Notes under the pieces: model-generated
What the model saw: only the letters and a program-made list of their open reading frames with translations
Told to the model about the DNA's origin: nothing
The model's database searches: none
From: Meyerozyma guilliermondii
Lineage: Eukaryota
Assembly: GCA_051546255.1 (NCBI GenBank)
Contig: CP128820.1
Location: 248,001-312,000 of the forward strand
Direction: 5' to 3'
DNA length: 64,000 bases
Translations under genes and position numbers: made by a program
Part shown: in pieces, positions 61,985 through 64,000 of the stretch
How positions within the stretch are numbered: position 1 is the first letter of the stretch
Layout: each line of letters starts with the position of its first letter

Positions 61985-64000
61985 TCAAGAATTGGTGTGA
62001 CCGGGACTGGGTGGCACATCTCCTGTTTCCCATACAATTGGCTGCGAATCGAGCTCAAATGTGATGGTTCCGCCATTTTCAAATAAGTCCTCGTGACTGA
62101 ACCAATTCTTATTCCAGTCTTCACCATTGATTTGAACACTTTGGACATAGAAATTGGTGTCACTCAAATTGTTAGCAACAATTTCAACAGTATTTCCATT
62201 TTCCAAGTTGAACGTCGTTTTAGGAACAAATGGTGAAGATAAGAGATAAGTTGTGGTACCTGCCACAGGATAGAACCCAAACAAACCGAAAAGAAGCCAC
62301 GCCTGCATTGCTCCCGCATCAGAATTCCCAGGAAGTCCAGAAGCACCAGGTGAATATTTCGTATTGACCAAATACCGAATAAGCTCCACCGTCTTATGTT
62401 GAGCATTGACATAATTGTACAAGTAAGGAGTGAGAAAACTGGGTTCATTGCCGATATCTGCGAATCCTTGTCCGTGAAGTGCAAACATATCGTCAAGTCG
62501 TTGGGAGAAACTATCGTTCCCACCCATGAGATCCACCAAAGATGAAATATCATGAGGAACTGCCCAAACATATTCCACCGGTTTTCCTTCATACTCATCG
62601 TCGGTCCAGTAACAATTGTTGCACGAAAGAGGGTCATAGTTTGTGCCATTGAAGGTTCCATCTGCATTTTTGGGCTGAACAAATCCTTTGTATGATACCG
62701 AAGAATTAGTGGCTTCAGGATTCCAAATATTCTTCCAGTTGGTAGATCTTTTCAAATACTTGGCAGCATCACTTGTGTATCCAAGACCTTTGGCAACAAC
62801 AGACAAAGCAAAGTCATCGTAGGCGTATTCCATAGTTCTTGTGACAGACCTGGTATATGCCCTTGTAACATAGCCATATTTGAGCCAATCAGGAAGTGCC
62901 CCTCTTCCTTCTTTGTTGGAGGCATCGGGAGCTTTGGGGTCATAAACATATTCTGGTGTCACTTCGGCATTCTTTTTCATGGCTGAGAAACCGTCTTCCC
63001 AATTTATACCATCATTAATGTTCTTCGCATAGGCATCTGCCATGACAATGTCTGAGTTGCTTCCTCCCTGAGTTCTGCCATTCTGATTAGCAGATCGGGC
63101 ATCGGGCGTATACCCATCGTTTCTCCAAGTGTCAATCAAGCTTCTCACAATGTCTGCACCACGACTTGGACTCAAAATATTGAAGAGTGGATTGAGACAC
63201 CGAAAGGTATCCCAGATGGTAAAAAAGTCGTCATAGTAAGGCTCAGTAGAACTCCAGTATGGATTCTCGCCCGTTCTATTCGAAGGTAAAAGATGGGCTC
63301 CGTATAAGGCAGTGTAGATGTATTCGAGTAAGGTGCTGTTATCGGTTTCAATGTCAACCTTACCAAACACCTGAGTGTTCCATTTTTTGACGGTTTCAGC
63401 AACAGTGTCTTCTATTTGGTATCCTGAAAGTTCGTTCTCAATGTTTCGGCATGCTTGGTCTGTGGAAATAAACGATATTCCAACTCTTGAGCTGATGCTC
63501 GTTGTTCCCTCGGGAAATGTGAACAAAAATCCAAAAGATCCGTCTTGGATTGAAGACGAAACTGTGGACGAATTGAACCTCTGGGAGCCACTGAAAGCAT
63601 TGATTGAACTTGGTGCCGTCTCAAAATCTCCGCAATAGTATATGGTCCAAGGCAGTTGTTCACCCCAGCCGCCTTTGATGGTGGTTGAACCAGTGTACTT
63701 ACCTTCACTCAGTGTCGACAAAGAACCATTGACGAAATATTGGGTCCACCACGGCCTTGTGGGTGCCGAGAGATGGTGTGAGCCATTGACTAGAACCAGC
63801 GGGGTGGTACCTGAAGGAAATGTATACTTGTAAATTCCGGCTCTATCGGCGGCTGCAAATTCTGCTGTAACTCCGTTAGTTGCATTTACAAGATAGTGCC
63901 CTACCGACCCAGAATCAGGACTCAGTCTTTCAATTGTCTGCTGTGAACCTAAATCCACATCACCAACCAATGGAAGCTGAGCTACTACTCCGTACTGAGG
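61985..64000 (-). CDS. Glycoside hydrolase family 92 alpha-1,2-mannosidase (5'-partial)
   Basis: Frame is open to the window edge (PQYGVVAQLP...). Motifs: RVGISFIS, IWDTFR, RTQGGSNSD, SVTRTMEYAYDDF, YEG, GNEPS and PGNSDAGAM. Confidence 0.93.
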   Translation of the reverse strand, partial: PQYGVVAQLPLVGDVDLGSQQTIERLSPDSGSVGHYLVNATNGVTAEFAAADRAGIYKYTFPSGTTPLVLVNGSHHLSAPTRPWWTQYFVNGSLSTLSEGKYTGSTTIKGGWGEQLPWTIYYCGDFETAPSSINAFSGSQRFNSSTVSSSIQDGSFGFLFTFPEGTTSISSRVGISFISTDQACRNIENELSGYQIEDTVAETVKKWNTQVFGKVDIETDNSTLLEYIYTALYGAHLLPSNRTGENPYWSSTEPYYDDFFTIWDTFRCLNPLFNILSPSRGADIVRSLIDTWRNDGYTPDARSANQNGRTQGGSNSDIVMADAYAKNINDGINWEDGFSAMKKNAEVTPEYVYDPKAPDASNKEGRGALPDWLKYGYVTRAYTRSVTRTMEYAYDDFALSVVAKGLGYTSDAAKYLKRSTNWKNIWNPEATNSSVSYKGFVQPKNADGTFNGTNYDPLSCNNCYWTDDEYEGKPVEYVWAVPHDISSLVDLMGGNDSFSQRLDDMFALHGQGFADIGNEPSFLTPYLYNYVNAQHKTVELIRYLVNTKYSPGASGLPGNSDAGAMQAWLLFGLFGFYPVAGTTTYLLSSPFVPKTTFNLENGNTVEIVANNLSDTNFYVQSVQINGEDWNKNWFSHEDLFENGGTITFELDSQPIVWETGDVPPSPGHTNS

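Noticed and set aside
24..63833. Numerous 60-170 aa ORFs nested in or antisense to large genes
   Set aside because: They are shadow frames of real CDSs with no independent motifs.
1..64000. Transposons, LTRs, rRNA, CRISPR arrays
   Set aside because: No gag/pol/transposase ORF, TG...CA repeat pair, rRNA signature or repeat-spacer array was seen.

Overview
Eukaryotic, gene-dense budding-yeast chromosomal segment; no intron is needed to explain any gene called here. CTG codons repeatedly fall where homologues have a conserved Ser, so this is a CUG-Ser (alternative yeast code) species and the supplied ORF track mistranslates CTG as Leu. The very compact spacing suggests a Meyerozyma-like genome (inference). 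There are about 31 protein-coding genes: MIA40 (5'-partial), a divergent Ypt7-like Rab, YKT6, VTS1, PDE2, an ABCC/MRP transporter, a tail-anchored coiled-coil protein, LYS2, PER1, DPH5, BTS1, a derlin, MUK1, a YPL071C-like gene, an F-box/LRR protein, MDL1, ATG26, MET2, an Mrr1-like Zn2Cys6 factor, GID7, PDI1, SVF1, ADP1, UBP2, BCS1, a small CENP-W/WIP1-like gene, SFL1, SOK1, an orphan ORF, an Ldb16-like membrane protein and a 5'-partial GH92 alpha-mannosidase. I found no transposon, tRNA, rRNA or CRISPR, and no clearly new multi-gene system. The best leads are easily missed remote orthologues (Ldb16-like, Wip1, YPL071C-like), a possible cryptic or stop-interrupted gene between SVF1 and ADP1, overlapping stop/stop and stop/start gene junctions, and very compact promoters (Gcn4, Met31/32, UPRE, a TGCAT cluster). 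Orthology calls rest on remembered motifs and gene order, not on database searches.
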